Of a DNA stretch of 32,000 bases, positions 18,704-27,301 are shown in pieces; position 1 is the stretch's first letter, and the number at the start of each line of letters is the position of its first letter. The stretch spans positions 3,000,001 to 3,032,000 of the forward strand of contig NC_020304.1 in the NCBI RefSeq assembly GCF_000341395.1, in the 5' to 3' direction. A program made the position numbers and the translations under genes. The DNA comes from Desulfocapsa sulfexigens DSM 10523 (GTDB lineage Bacteria > Desulfobacterota > Desulfobulbia > Desulfobulbales > Desulfocapsaceae). The notes under the pieces were generated by a model. The model saw nothing but the letters and a program-made list of their open reading frames with translations, did no database searches and had not been told where the DNA came from.

Positions 18704-21700
18704 TTAGTTATCCCAACAGTTTGTTATATCAGTGGGAACGTCAGGAAGTTTTTGTTCCCAGTTTTGTTTTATTTTCTGGGCCTCAGCCTGTTGTCTTGCC
18801 TTCCAGGATTTCTTCAAAGCTTCATTCTCAAGAGCAGTCATTTTCTGTTTCCGTTCCCATGTTGCAAGAAGTTCCTTGATGCCCTTGCTACTGTCTGCTG
18901 CCTGCATTTTGCGCTTTTCCTCAAGTTCGGCAAGGAACTTCTCCCTTTTTTCCTGCTGATCGATAATGCTGATAAGTGGTTGTCCGCCTTTGAGTTGAAA
19001 GTTGACCTTGATAGTTGTAATCCGCAGTCGGACCAACTGTTTCTTCTGGTCAGGAAAATCGTTTACTGAAAAAAGATGACTTCCATTCTGGAAATCTTTG
19101 GCAAAGTGGGCAAAGGCAAGTTTGCCCTCATATTTTTTCTTTAGAATAAGACTGCCTATTTCAATCTGCAGAGAAACTGATTCACAATTTTCAGGTTGCC
19201 ATGACATCTTTTTACGTATTGGATAATTTAAATTGACCAAACGCGTGGTTTCTGCACCGCATACGGACTCCAGTGTTGTGACATGGGGGGTGATTCTTGC
19301 CTCCTTGTTAACGCTGGTCGGATTGGCAGTTACCAGTATGTCATAGTTTGCATTAATAGTTGGCAGAGGAGGAATCTCGGGTTCCTTTTTCTTTTCCGGT
19401 TGAGCTCCGAAAACAGCATCTGCTTCAAGCTGCATATCAAGAGGTACTTCTTCGCTGAAGGAAAGATCAGGCTTGAAACGGACGAGGCGGATGCCGTCAG
19501 TGAGAAAATCCAGGAATTCTTTTTCGAAGGGGAGCATTTTACCCAGGGCTGTTTTTGGATAAAACCCCTTTTTGAGGCTCCTGCCAAGAAATGGGGCAGC
19601 TGGTCCTTTGATGAAACGAATGGCATAGCCGTCATCGAGAAAGAGCTCATCGTTCAGTTTTGTCTTGTCTGTTATATCCTGAACTTCCACAAGTACATTC
19701 TTTTCCCACAGGCTGTTTAAGTGACAGGCAGCCTCCAGGCAGGTATAATCTCGAAGAAAGGTGAGTGGGCCAGCAAGAAGCCGCCAGACCACTTTCTGTT
19801 GCTGGCCGGGTTGGCTCAGCTCTTTCCGGAAAGCCACGAGATGATGTTTGGCAAGATAGAAGGGGGACTTTGAAGTGGCAGGGTCGTCTTTGAAAATTTC
19901 AGCAGCCATACTGTAGGAGACCGTGCGAGAGGAGCTAGCCAGGGTAATGTCTTTTAGAGCCATCTGATAACTGTTGAATAACTTCCCTGCAGCAAGCTGA
20001 CTGGAAAGGATTCCGCTTGGATCAAGACCGGTTTTCTTTTCAAGGCTGCCGAGTGCCTTTTTCCCCTTTTTTGTTACCTTGGCAAGCAGAGAATTACTTT
20101 CTTCGATGGCAGCTTCTCGTGTGGCATCAATACGAGCCTGTTCTATCTGATTGATAAGAAGAATCCAGGTATTTTCTTTTTCATCTTCTTCCAGAGGGGC
20201 AAGTTCTCTGGCCATGGTTCGCAGCAGGGAAAAATAGGGGTTCTGATCTGTAGCCATGGTAGTGGCGACTTCCTGCCAGGAAGAACCATCACCCAGATAG
20301 TATTCAGCCTGGGGGAATTTTTCAGCAAAATCATACCATACCAGCCTGTAGGCCATCTCGTACCACTTTTGAAAACGTGCTTTATTGCTGGTGATCAAAA
20401 GAGGATCCGGCAATGCCGTACCGATATCTTCGAGCAGGGTATTGATTATATCTCTCCCCTTGATGGTGAAGGCAGGTGGTACCGTTGCGATATTTTTTCG
20501 GGTCAGGGGGGAGCTCCAGAAGTCCTGGACGTTCAGCGCGCTTGAATCGGAATTATGGTTGACCCATGAGACCAGCCAGTTGAGGCTGGTGTCGGGCATA
20601 CTAAGGATATGAAGGAGTGCACGCTGTAGACGTTCTTTTTCCAGATTAAGTGTTTCACTGCTCTCCTGCCAATTCAGGTAGTGGTGATATTGCAGGAGAA
20701 CCCTGTCACTGAGATCGGCTATGAGACGCCTGTCTTCTCCCCCGAAAAGAGCCTGAAAAGAGGGCTGTGCCTGCTGATCAAAACTTGATGGGTCCTTGTT
20801 GTCAAGCCGGGCCTGAATCAGGTTGATACGGTGCACAAGATGGGCAACAACGGTACCAATAATAACATCAGATGATCCAGGTGTTAACGCGGAGACAGCG
20901 GTGTCAAGTTGTATGTTGAGTCTTTCGTTGAACTCGCTGTTGAAGCGATGGCAGTATTTCTGTTTGAGACGGAGTTCGATGTCCTCACTTTTATTTAACC
21001 CGAAGCGGGGAATCCACCAGGCTCTGTTGTAGTCTTCCATGGTACTGATGGCCTTCTGGAAACGTTCCATCAGTGCTGTATCGGTAAGGAAGTCACCCTG
21101 GAGGACGACGGATTGTTTGAAAGCCTCAGTACCGTTTTGCAGTGTGGTCAGATTTTTAACAAATGAGAAACTTAACAGGCCGCAAAGGGTAAAGATTATG
21201 GCAGCCCAGGCTGTAAGACCAATGTTGCGTGTCAACCGATTCCAGGCAAGAGCTTTTTGGGTCGGGGCAAAGAGGGTACGGTCTTCGGGGAGGATACGGG
21301 AAAAAAGATCATGGAGAAAGAGTCCTTTATTGGTGCCAGGCAGGACGTCCTGCTGTTTGATCAAGCCAAGAGCATGGAGAAAGTTGGAGAAAGGGGTTCC
21401 TTCCTGGCGACCACTGCTGAAATAGAGCCCTCGCAGAATGGGGGATTCCTGGTAGGGGTTTGCCTTGAAGGTGGACTCGATAAAGGAGGAGAGTCGCCTG
21501 TGGAGAATTTTAAATTCGTTGGGAAAAAGAAGAAGATCCGCCGCGGATTGAGATTGTTTGCGGCTGGGATCCTGTTTACCGTGAAGCAGTTGCAGACGTA
21601 ATTGCTGAAGACGGTCACCAATGGTAGAGTCCACATCCTGAAGAAATGTTCTGATATCCTTGTGATTCCTGTTTATCAGTCCCATGGCCTGTTCAAGGCT

Positions 21701-22519
21701 CTTGTCGGGCAGACGGTCACAGAACTGCGTCATACCCTGCACCAGATCACACTTGGTGATGAGAACATAGACAGGAAAAACTTTCCCTAAAACCCGCATC
21801 AGCTCATCAATGCGTTGCCTGATGTTTCGACCATCCTCGGCAATGCGATCATCATCTGCCTGCAGCAACTTGTCTGCTGCTATAGTTACTACCAGACCAT
21901 TGAGGGGTTCTTTTCTGCGATATTTGACCAACAGGGAGAGAAACTTCTGCCATTCATCCTTATCACGTCCTTCTTCCAGTGGTATGGTATAGCGTCCGGC
22001 GGTGTCGAGGATGACTGCCTGTTCAAAGAACCACCAGTCACAGTTTCGTGTGCCGGCAACACCTCCAATTTTACTGGTTTCAGCAAAGGGCGCAGAAAGA
22101 TCTGCACTCTTGATAGCCGTTGATTTTCCAGAGCGTGACTCCCCGATAACCATATACCATGGCAGGACATAGAGAGGGTTGCCCTGTTTGCTCAGGTGGG
22201 AGGATTTGAGAATTTCAATTGCTTCCTGCCATCGTCCCTGAAGCTCCTGTAATCCTTCCTGGCCACTTCCCGCTCCTTTGATATAGGCATTGTCCTGTTC
22301 GATAACCTGATGGACAAAATTCTGTTCCCTTTTTCGGAGGAGGATTTTCCGAAAAAATATCCAGCCGAGATAGAGACCAACATAGCCAAGTAGAAAAAAG
22401 AGTCCGATCCACCATGGCCATTTTGCCCAGAGAACCAGGCCAAAGGTAGCAGTAGCGATCAGAAGCAGAAGGCTTGTCAGTAAGAGGAATTTAAAGGCGG
22501 CGAGCATTATCTTTTTCAT
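18704..22519 (-). CDS. tssM: T6SS inner-membrane protein TssM (IcmF)
   Basis: 1271 aa; N-terminal TM segments, Walker A GESRSGKSTAI, DWWFFEQAVILDTAGRYTIP, RLRQPLNGLVVTIAADKLL-type GTPase region, GTPFSNFLHALGLIKQ, WFDF-region. Confidence 0.97.
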   Translation of the reverse strand: MKKIMLAAFKFLLLTSLLLLIATATFGLVLWAKWPWWIGLFFLLGYVGLYLGWIFFRKILLRKREQNFVHQVIEQDNAYIKGAGSGQEGLQELQGRWQEAIEILKSSHLSKQGNPLYVLPWYMVIGESRSGKSTAIKSADLSAPFAETSKIGGVAGTRNCDWWFFEQAVILDTAGRYTIPLEEGRDKDEWQKFLSLLVKYRRKEPLNGLVVTIAADKLLQADDDRIAEDGRNIRQRIDELMRVLGKVFPVYVLITKCDLVQGMTQFCDRLPDKSLEQAMGLINRNHKDIRTFLQDVDSTIGDRLQQLRLQLLHGKQDPSRKQSQSAADLLLFPNEFKILHRRLSSFIESTFKANPYQESPILRGLYFSSGRQEGTPFSNFLHALGLIKQQDVLPGTNKGLFLHDLFSRILPEDRTLFAPTQKALAWNRLTRNIGLTAWAAIIFTLCGLLSFSFVKNLTTLQNGTEAFKQSVVLQGDFLTDTALMERFQKAISTMEDYNRAWWIPRFGLNKSEDIELRLKQKYCHRFNSEFNERLNIQLDTAVSALTPGSSDVIIGTVVAHLVHRINLIQARLDNKDPSSFDQQAQPSFQALFGGEDRRLIADLSDRVLLQYHHYLNWQESSETLNLEKERLQRALLHILSMPDTSLNWLVSWVNHNSDSSALNVQDFWSSPLTRKNIATVPPAFTIKGRDIINTLLEDIGTALPDPLLITSNKARFQKWYEMAYRLVWYDFAEKFPQAEYYLGDGSSWQEVATTMATDQNPYFSLLRTMARELAPLEEDEKENTWILLINQIEQARIDATREAAIEESNSLLAKVTKKGKKALGSLEKKTGLDPSGILSSQLAAGKLFNSYQMALKDITLASSSRTVSYSMAAEIFKDDPATSKSPFYLAKHHLVAFRKELSQPGQQQKVVWRLLAGPLTFLRDYTCLEAACHLNSLWEKNVLVEVQDITDKTKLNDELFLDDGYAIRFIKGPAAPFLGRSLKKGFYPKTALGKMLPFEKEFLDFLTDGIRLVRFKPDLSFSEEVPLDMQLEADAVFGAQPEKKKEPEIPPLPTINANYDILVTANPTSVNKEARITPHVTTLESVCGAETTRLVNLNYPIRKKMSWQPENCESVSLQIEIGSLILKKKYEGKLAFAHFAKDFQNGSHLFSVNDFPDQKKQLVRLRITTIKVNFQLKGGQPLISIIDQQEKREKFLAELEEKRKMQAADSSKGIKELLATWERKQKMTALENEALKKSWKARQQAEAQKIKQNWEQKLPDVPTDITNCWDN

Positions 22520-23193
22520 TACTGCACCATGGAAATAAAGTTTTCACCGACATTATCAAGGACAAAACGATAAATGAAAAAAAGAACGCCATAGAGTAGC
22601 ACAGGAACCGTAGCACCTAATACCACACCAATTGGAAACCGACTGCTATCATTAAATTTTTCAGGGGTGGCTCCCTCCTGCAGGTAAGCATCGGGAAAAA
22701 GCGTTTTCTGGTCAAATGATCGCAGATCTGTTGTCCCTCCTATAAGTTTCAGATTGGAGTTCTTAAGCTGTTCCAGAAGAAACTCATCTCCAGGGTTACA
22801 GTAGCGGCCAGTGAATCCAAGAGCCAGACAGAGGTAGTATACTTCACGCACCTGCCCCTGTTGTGGGGTCAGCTGGTTCAGCTTGTCAAAGAAGAGTTCA
22901 CCGCCATCGGTGGTTTGATAGTAGGTACGCTGCAGCTGTTCCCCCTGCCATTTACTTTTTTCCTCCCAGTTTGAGCTGAGAATGGCCTCATCGATCCAGG
23001 CAAAGACTGCAAAACGGGAAAGATCATAATCTTCCTGGGGTAAATGGCTTTTGTGAAAGCTATCCTGACTTTTGGCGATCAGGTGGCTGATGTCGGTTTT
23101 GACCTTTTCAAGTGAGGCGGGCCGATTTGGTGTATCGTTGAGAAAATAGGTAACATAAGCGATTAATTCTACGAAACAGTCCACAAGTGCCAT
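22519..23193 (-). CDS. tssL: T6SS inner-membrane protein TssL (DotU), short form with single C-terminal TM
   Basis: 224 aa; YDLSRFAVFAWIDEAILSSNW, LQRTYYQTTDGGELFFDKLNQL, REVYYLCLALGFTGRY; C-terminal hydrophobic segment; no OmpA-like extension. Stop overlaps tssM start (TAATG). Confidence 0.96.
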   Translation of the reverse strand: MALVDCFVELIAYVTYFLNDTPNRPASLEKVKTDISHLIAKSQDSFHKSHLPQEDYDLSRFAVFAWIDEAILSSNWEEKSKWQGEQLQRTYYQTTDGGELFFDKLNQLTPQQGQVREVYYLCLALGFTGRYCNPGDEFLLEQLKNSNLKLIGGTTDLRSFDQKTLFPDAYLQEGATPEKFNDSSRFPIGVVLGATVPVLLYGVLFFIYRFVLDNVGENFISMVQ

Positions 23194-23195
23194 AG

Positions 23196-24587
23196 TTATC
23201 TCCTGCCAACAACCATAAGTTCAGCCTTAAGATCTTCAGGTGCTTCGTCCCAGAAAATTGCCAGCTGATTGCTGTGCTGCACCTGTTGCCAGAGGTCGCC
23301 ATGATGATCAATTTGAAAATAGAGTGAACCACGCCTGCGGGGAAGCTCCTGCGGTGGTGTCTCCATATGTTTTACTTTGACTCCTGGCAGGGCTCTGGCA
23401 ATAAGTAACGGCAGAGTTTCCCGCGAACCTATCTTGGCCAGACCGGCAAAGCTCTGCAGAGCTTGATTGGGCTCCTGTTCCGTTGCCAGAACGAGATAGA
23501 AACGATTATGAGAATCAAACATGGATTTTGAGAGTTCGCCGCTGAAATACGTACCATCATAAATGAGCGGCAGCATGTATTCGGGGCCGGCTGTAATCTC
23601 ATCCAGTAGGCGCAGCAGGACATTTTGCGCCGACAGAAAGCAGGTGTGCAGTTTACGGTGATTGTAGGGCGGAACCAGAACAGTGCCGTTTTCATGTTCT
23701 CCAAGTACATTTATTGTCTCAGAGAAACTTGATAGTTCACCGATGATTTGACGCAGAAGACCGTATACCGTCCAGGGATGGACAGTCTGGGCTTCGGTTA
23801 TCTGAAAGAGGAGAGGAATATATCGGTTGAGTGAACGCAGGGCGAGAAGGAAGATTGTATCTTGGGCACCGAATTCTGCCGTATGAACACCACGTTCACG
23901 CTTGTAGGCCTCAAGGAGATGGGATCTGGAGGCGAGCTGGTCACGGATTTCAGTAACTAATCCCATAAGGGGTTCGCTTGCCTTGATACTGAGGCAAGGA
24001 GGGAAAAAACGGTTGGAGCGTACAATCTGCTCACCCTGCCGTAGAATACGGGCAAGGGGAATCAACTCATAGTCTCCCAGCTGGTCTTCTTCACTGTCCC
24101 AGAAAATTTTCAAGACGTAATGGAGGCGTTTAACCTGGGCACTTTTTCCACCCTGATAGAGATCCTGCACCTCTTCTGGCTCTGTAGTGGTAACAAAGCG
24201 GGTGGCCACATCGCTGACATTATCAAGACTGGAGAGGATGGTAACATTCTCGCCACCAGGATTCCATTTGCGCAGTCCTAGAAGAATTCCAAGTGGCTTG
24301 TCGCCTTCCAGCCAATCCTCACTGAATGAGCGGGGAGCAATCAGTCCATTCTCAGGAAAAGAGATAAAGCTGCCATCGGGAAATTGAAACTGTCCCTGGA
24401 GAACTTGCAAGGAGAGGTTACCCAGTGCTGCGTCCTGGATTTTAAGATTGCCGATACCCCAGAAATGCGGTTGCAGGAAAGTCTGCAGGGGCATGGTCAT
24501 GGATTGGATATAACGGTCCTGTAGTTGAAAGTGCTGGGGTTGGAGAAAGAGTCCCTGATGCCAGAAAAAAGGTCGTTCCATGATCAC
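23196..24587 (-). CDS. tssK: T6SS baseplate subunit TssK
   Basis: 463 aa; FFWHQGLFLQPQHFQLQDRYIQSM, RLHYVLKIFWDSEEDQLGDYELIPLARI, FSLSEPPISYLEPL-type central region (LSIKASEPLMGLVTEI). Confidence 0.95.
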   Translation of the reverse strand: MIMERPFFWHQGLFLQPQHFQLQDRYIQSMTMPLQTFLQPHFWGIGNLKIQDAALGNLSLQVLQGQFQFPDGSFISFPENGLIAPRSFSEDWLEGDKPLGILLGLRKWNPGGENVTILSSLDNVSDVATRFVTTTEPEEVQDLYQGGKSAQVKRLHYVLKIFWDSEEDQLGDYELIPLARILRQGEQIVRSNRFFPPCLSIKASEPLMGLVTEIRDQLASRSHLLEAYKRERGVHTAEFGAQDTIFLLALRSLNRYIPLLFQITEAQTVHPWTVYGLLRQIIGELSSFSETINVLGEHENGTVLVPPYNHRKLHTCFLSAQNVLLRLLDEITAGPEYMLPLIYDGTYFSGELSKSMFDSHNRFYLVLATEQEPNQALQSFAGLAKIGSRETLPLLIARALPGVKVKHMETPPQELPRRRGSLYFQIDHHGDLWQQVQHSNQLAIFWDEAPEDLKAELMVVGRR

Positions 24588-24591
24588 TCCT

Positions 24592-25122
24592 TCAGTGCGT
24601 TTGGATTGCAGCTATCTGTTCGGAACCCAGGTTTACGATCAGATTGAGTTTGCCGGCTTCGGCATATTTATAGCTTTTGTCTATAATAACAGGGATGTTG
24701 ATGGTTCGTACCATCCTTTCTTTCTGTAATACAAAGTAACCGGCTACCAGTCCAATATGTTTTGTCCCAGCAAGTCGATCCATGACAATTGTCAAATCCT
24801 GTTCTGGCTGGATAAAAAGGCGTTTGACGGAAGTAACACTGCTGTCAAACGGTTCACAGTCCAGCAGTTGGTAAATGCCGTCGCTGTTAGAAGCCAGTTG
24901 CTCAAACATGGCCTTGTTACGTAACTGGTATATACCAACCATTAGAGTATGAGGAGTACCTTCGTTCAGATTTAACAGGTGATCCGCCTTTATCCGCATG
25001 GTGATGCTGTCTTTTTCATAGACCCACTGCGGAACCGGAGGAGGTGCCGGGGCTTTTGAGCCACAGGAAGATAACAGGACAAGGCTGGAGAGAAGGATGA
25101 TAAGGGTGAAATATCGTTTCAA
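24592..25122 (-). CDS. tssJ: T6SS outer-membrane lipoprotein TssJ (track ORF extends to 25323, true start probably TTG at 25122)
   Basis: From TTG at 25122: LKRYFTLIILLSSLVLLSSCGSKAPAPPPVPQWVYEKDSITMRIKADHLLN = signal peptide + lipobox LLSSC; LVAGYFVLQKERMVRTINIP. AGAGG-like ribosome-binding sequence (CCAAGAGGTAATACC) upstream. The 5' extension in the ORF track overlaps the upstream gene and lacks a signal sequence. Confidence 0.88.
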   Translation of the reverse strand: MKRYFTLIILLSSLVLLSSCGSKAPAPPPVPQWVYEKDSITMRIKADHLLNLNEGTPHTLMVGIYQLRNKAMFEQLASNSDGIYQLLDCEPFDSSVTSVKRLFIQPEQDLTIVMDRLAGTKHIGLVAGYFVLQKERMVRTINIPVIIDKSYKYAEAGKLNLIVNLGSEQIAAIQTH

Positions 25123-25126
25123 GGTA

Positions 25127-25864
25127 TTACCTCTTGGGAGGGTTGGCCATTGCAGCACATTGTTTTTCAAAGTTTCGTAAAAAATCTTCCATACAGCGCC
25201 CGGAGTCAAACCATCGGCGACACTCCTTATATGTTTTTTCGTAACGATTAAAGCTTTCGGCCTTACGTAAGGGGTTAAATTTAAATCCACCCTCATCTTT
25301 TCCTGCAAGACTGTCAGGATCAAGTTCCGTAAGAATCGTTTCTACAGTAGTTTCCATTGCCCTTTTAAAAGCGCGGTGCGATGTAACAAAAGCCGTCTTG
25401 ATCTTGTCCAGATGTTCCTTGAGTGAGGTGCTCTCGTGGTTTTTGTCGAGTTGTTCACCTATGAGGACGCGGATAGTCTTCTCGGTTTGCCCATCCTCAA
25501 GCAGAGTCAGATTTATTGTTCTGATAAGCTGATTGAGAGTCTCAAAAATTATGGTAAGTGTCTCGGTCAGTCGTTGTTGCAGGGCCTCGCTTTTCAAATC
25601 AATTTCTTCGACAGGGTGTCCCAAAAGGAGGGTACAGAAGCGGAGAAGCTGGTCATCACTATGGGATGGCATCGGAGGGGGGGCTGGAGATGCAGTGAAG
25701 CTGGAGATAATATCCTCAAGTATCTGCTGTTTTTTTTCATTATCATGACCCTTGAGCTCCTGATCGAGAAATGCCTCTATGGCAGCGGGCGCATTTTCAA
25801 TGTCCCGTTTGTAGATATTTCTGATGGTATCGACAAGGGAACCAACATTTGGATAAAGGTTCAT
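25127..25864 (-). CDS. T6SS accessory protein resembling the C-terminal domain of TagH/Fha (no FHA domain)
   Basis: 245 aa; LLRFCTLLLG...LTETLTIIFETLNQLIRTINLTLLEDG...IKTAFVTSHRAFKRAMETTVETILTELDPDSLAG...ESFNRYEKTYKECRRWFDSGRCMEDFLRNFEKQC matches the layout I recall for the TagH C-terminal domain (AF..L..H..Am.....LL..fdPe.Le ... Y...Y ... F..F...). Confidence 0.6.
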   Translation of the reverse strand: MNLYPNVGSLVDTIRNIYKRDIENAPAAIEAFLDQELKGHDNEKKQQILEDIISSFTASPAPPPMPSHSDDQLLRFCTLLLGHPVEEIDLKSEALQQRLTETLTIIFETLNQLIRTINLTLLEDGQTEKTIRVLIGEQLDKNHESTSLKEHLDKIKTAFVTSHRAFKRAMETTVETILTELDPDSLAGKDEGGFKFNPLRKAESFNRYEKTYKECRRWFDSGRCMEDFLRNFEKQCAAMANPPKR

Positions 25865-27135
25865 GACTTTTTCCCTGGTCGGAGAATGATTGTTTCTGCG
25901 AGCTCGTCATTTTCAGGTATGGGGTTCTTTTCTGAAAGCTGCCCGTCGGGGTGCTCCGGAGTGTAAGTTGTATTAAAGGTTGCTTTGTCAGGAGGAGGCA
26001 TTTTTACAGTTTGCACTGTATCCTCATCAGTGGAGAAATGGTTTTCAGGACCTCCCATAATAACGGTTTCCTGGCTGAAATCATCAACTGTGTCACTGTC
26101 TCTGACCGATGAAATGTGGTTGCTGGATATATTTTCTTTATGGAAAGAGACAGGAGCTTTTTGTTTATGCTTTTGAGCAAGCTTTTGCATAATAGTAAGA
26201 ATTGCTTCATCATGGTTCTGTTCTCCTCTTTTTTCCTGGATAGTGTCTGTTGGGCTGGGAACAGAGGCAGATGGCTCCTGAAAAGATGGGAACTGTTTGT
26301 GTTGCAGCAGTGGCAGTAAATGAAACCCGTCGAGAGAGTCACGTTCAGTTATCAGCATATAGAAAGGATAAAAAGCGAGTCCAAATATGGTGTCATGCAC
26401 GGCCTGTTGGGAGCCGTAGCAGAGTTCATGATCCTGACAATTCAGACAGGGGAAAGGATTATCCTGCAAAGGTTGCGAATCAAATTTGCTGTAATCGATA
26501 AACAACTGTCTGCAATCGTGAACAGTTGAAGGCTCGTTAGCTTGTTTTTCTCGAGTATACCATAGAGACTGGCCATTTGACTGGGTGCATGAAGGACAGA
26601 AGAGATAGCGGTGCAGACCTGTTGAGTATGGAGCCAATCCGGCCAACTGAAGCAGCACATCATCTTTGCAAAGCTGTAAAGTCTTGCCACATTCGGGGCA
26701 GGGGAGTTCAAAAAAAACTTCTTTTTTCCTGCAGTAGAAGAGAGATGCAAAGGCCAGCAGTTGCTGCTGTCTGTCAACTTGGGTGGCAAGTAGAATAGAG
26801 TGTTCGGGTGTTCTGGCACGACGCATAGTCATCGCCTGCTGCCAGTACTGATCAATTATGGAGTTGTTGAGAAACGAATCCTGCTCTAGGGGCCATTGGA
26901 TAGTATCCCGTTGAATTAACAGATTAACCTCTTTGATAGTGGAGCCAAAATCAGTGACAAATGCACCACGGAAAGTTCGGGCAAGCGGGTCTGCGTCATT
27001 AAGTATTGTAAAGGGAGCCGATGAGAAGTTATCGGGTGATGTGTTGGGTGTGGCCGGTCGGAGACGCAGGTAGAACTTTTGTTGTTCGGGGAGAAGATAT
27101 GATAGAAGGGAGGGATGGACACTTGTTTCTTTCAT
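25861..27135 (-). CDS. Cysteine-rich (putative zinc-binding) protein with acidic Thr-rich C-terminal tail; first gene of T6SS operon
   Basis: 424 aa; CPECGKTLQLC, CPSC, CLNCQDHELC in the middle; tail contains QETVIMGG, EDTVQTVKMPPP, AETIILRPGKK. Stop overlaps start of next gene. Family not recognised. Confidence 0.8.
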   Translation of the reverse strand: MKETSVHPSLLSYLLPEQQKFYLRLRPATPNTSPDNFSSAPFTILNDADPLARTFRGAFVTDFGSTIKEVNLLIQRDTIQWPLEQDSFLNNSIIDQYWQQAMTMRRARTPEHSILLATQVDRQQQLLAFASLFYCRKKEVFFELPCPECGKTLQLCKDDVLLQLAGLAPYSTGLHRYLFCPSCTQSNGQSLWYTREKQANEPSTVHDCRQLFIDYSKFDSQPLQDNPFPCLNCQDHELCYGSQQAVHDTIFGLAFYPFYMLITERDSLDGFHLLPLLQHKQFPSFQEPSASVPSPTDTIQEKRGEQNHDEAILTIMQKLAQKHKQKAPVSFHKENISSNHISSVRDSDTVDDFSQETVIMGGPENHFSTDEDTVQTVKMPPPDKATFNTTYTPEHPDGQLSEKNPIPENDELAETIILRPGKKS

Positions 27136-27225
27136 ATTATGTTTATCTCTTTCACACTTGAATGTGGTGAGCGTTACATGAATTCGAACTTGAAAGCTGC
27201 TGATATCACTTCGGGTTATTTATTT

Positions 27226-27255
27226 AATACACCATGTTCAAGGAGATTTTGTCAA
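27226..27255 (-). promoter_or_regulatory. Candidate sigma70-type promoter driving the T6SS operon
   Basis: Minus strand: TTGACA (complement of 27250-27255), 18-nt spacer, TGTATT (complement of 27226-27231), located in the 166-bp gap between the exporter permease stop and the first T6SS-associated gene. Confidence 0.45.
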
Positions 27256-27301
27256 GTTTATTATCAGGTTTCCCAAACTCCTTAGTTGCTGTTTTACTCG
27301 G

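Noticed and set aside
19283-19720. Plus-strand 145-aa ORF and other antisense ORFs across tssM
   Set aside because: TssM coding frame is continuous and well supported; shadow ORFs are expected in 3.8 kb of coding sequence.
25985-26819. Alternative-frame minus ORFs (26004-26342, 26442-26819) within the cysteine-rich gene
   Set aside because: Checked as possible frameshift or hidden genes, but the 424-aa frame is continuous, couples to the next gene and keeps the CxxC clusters.
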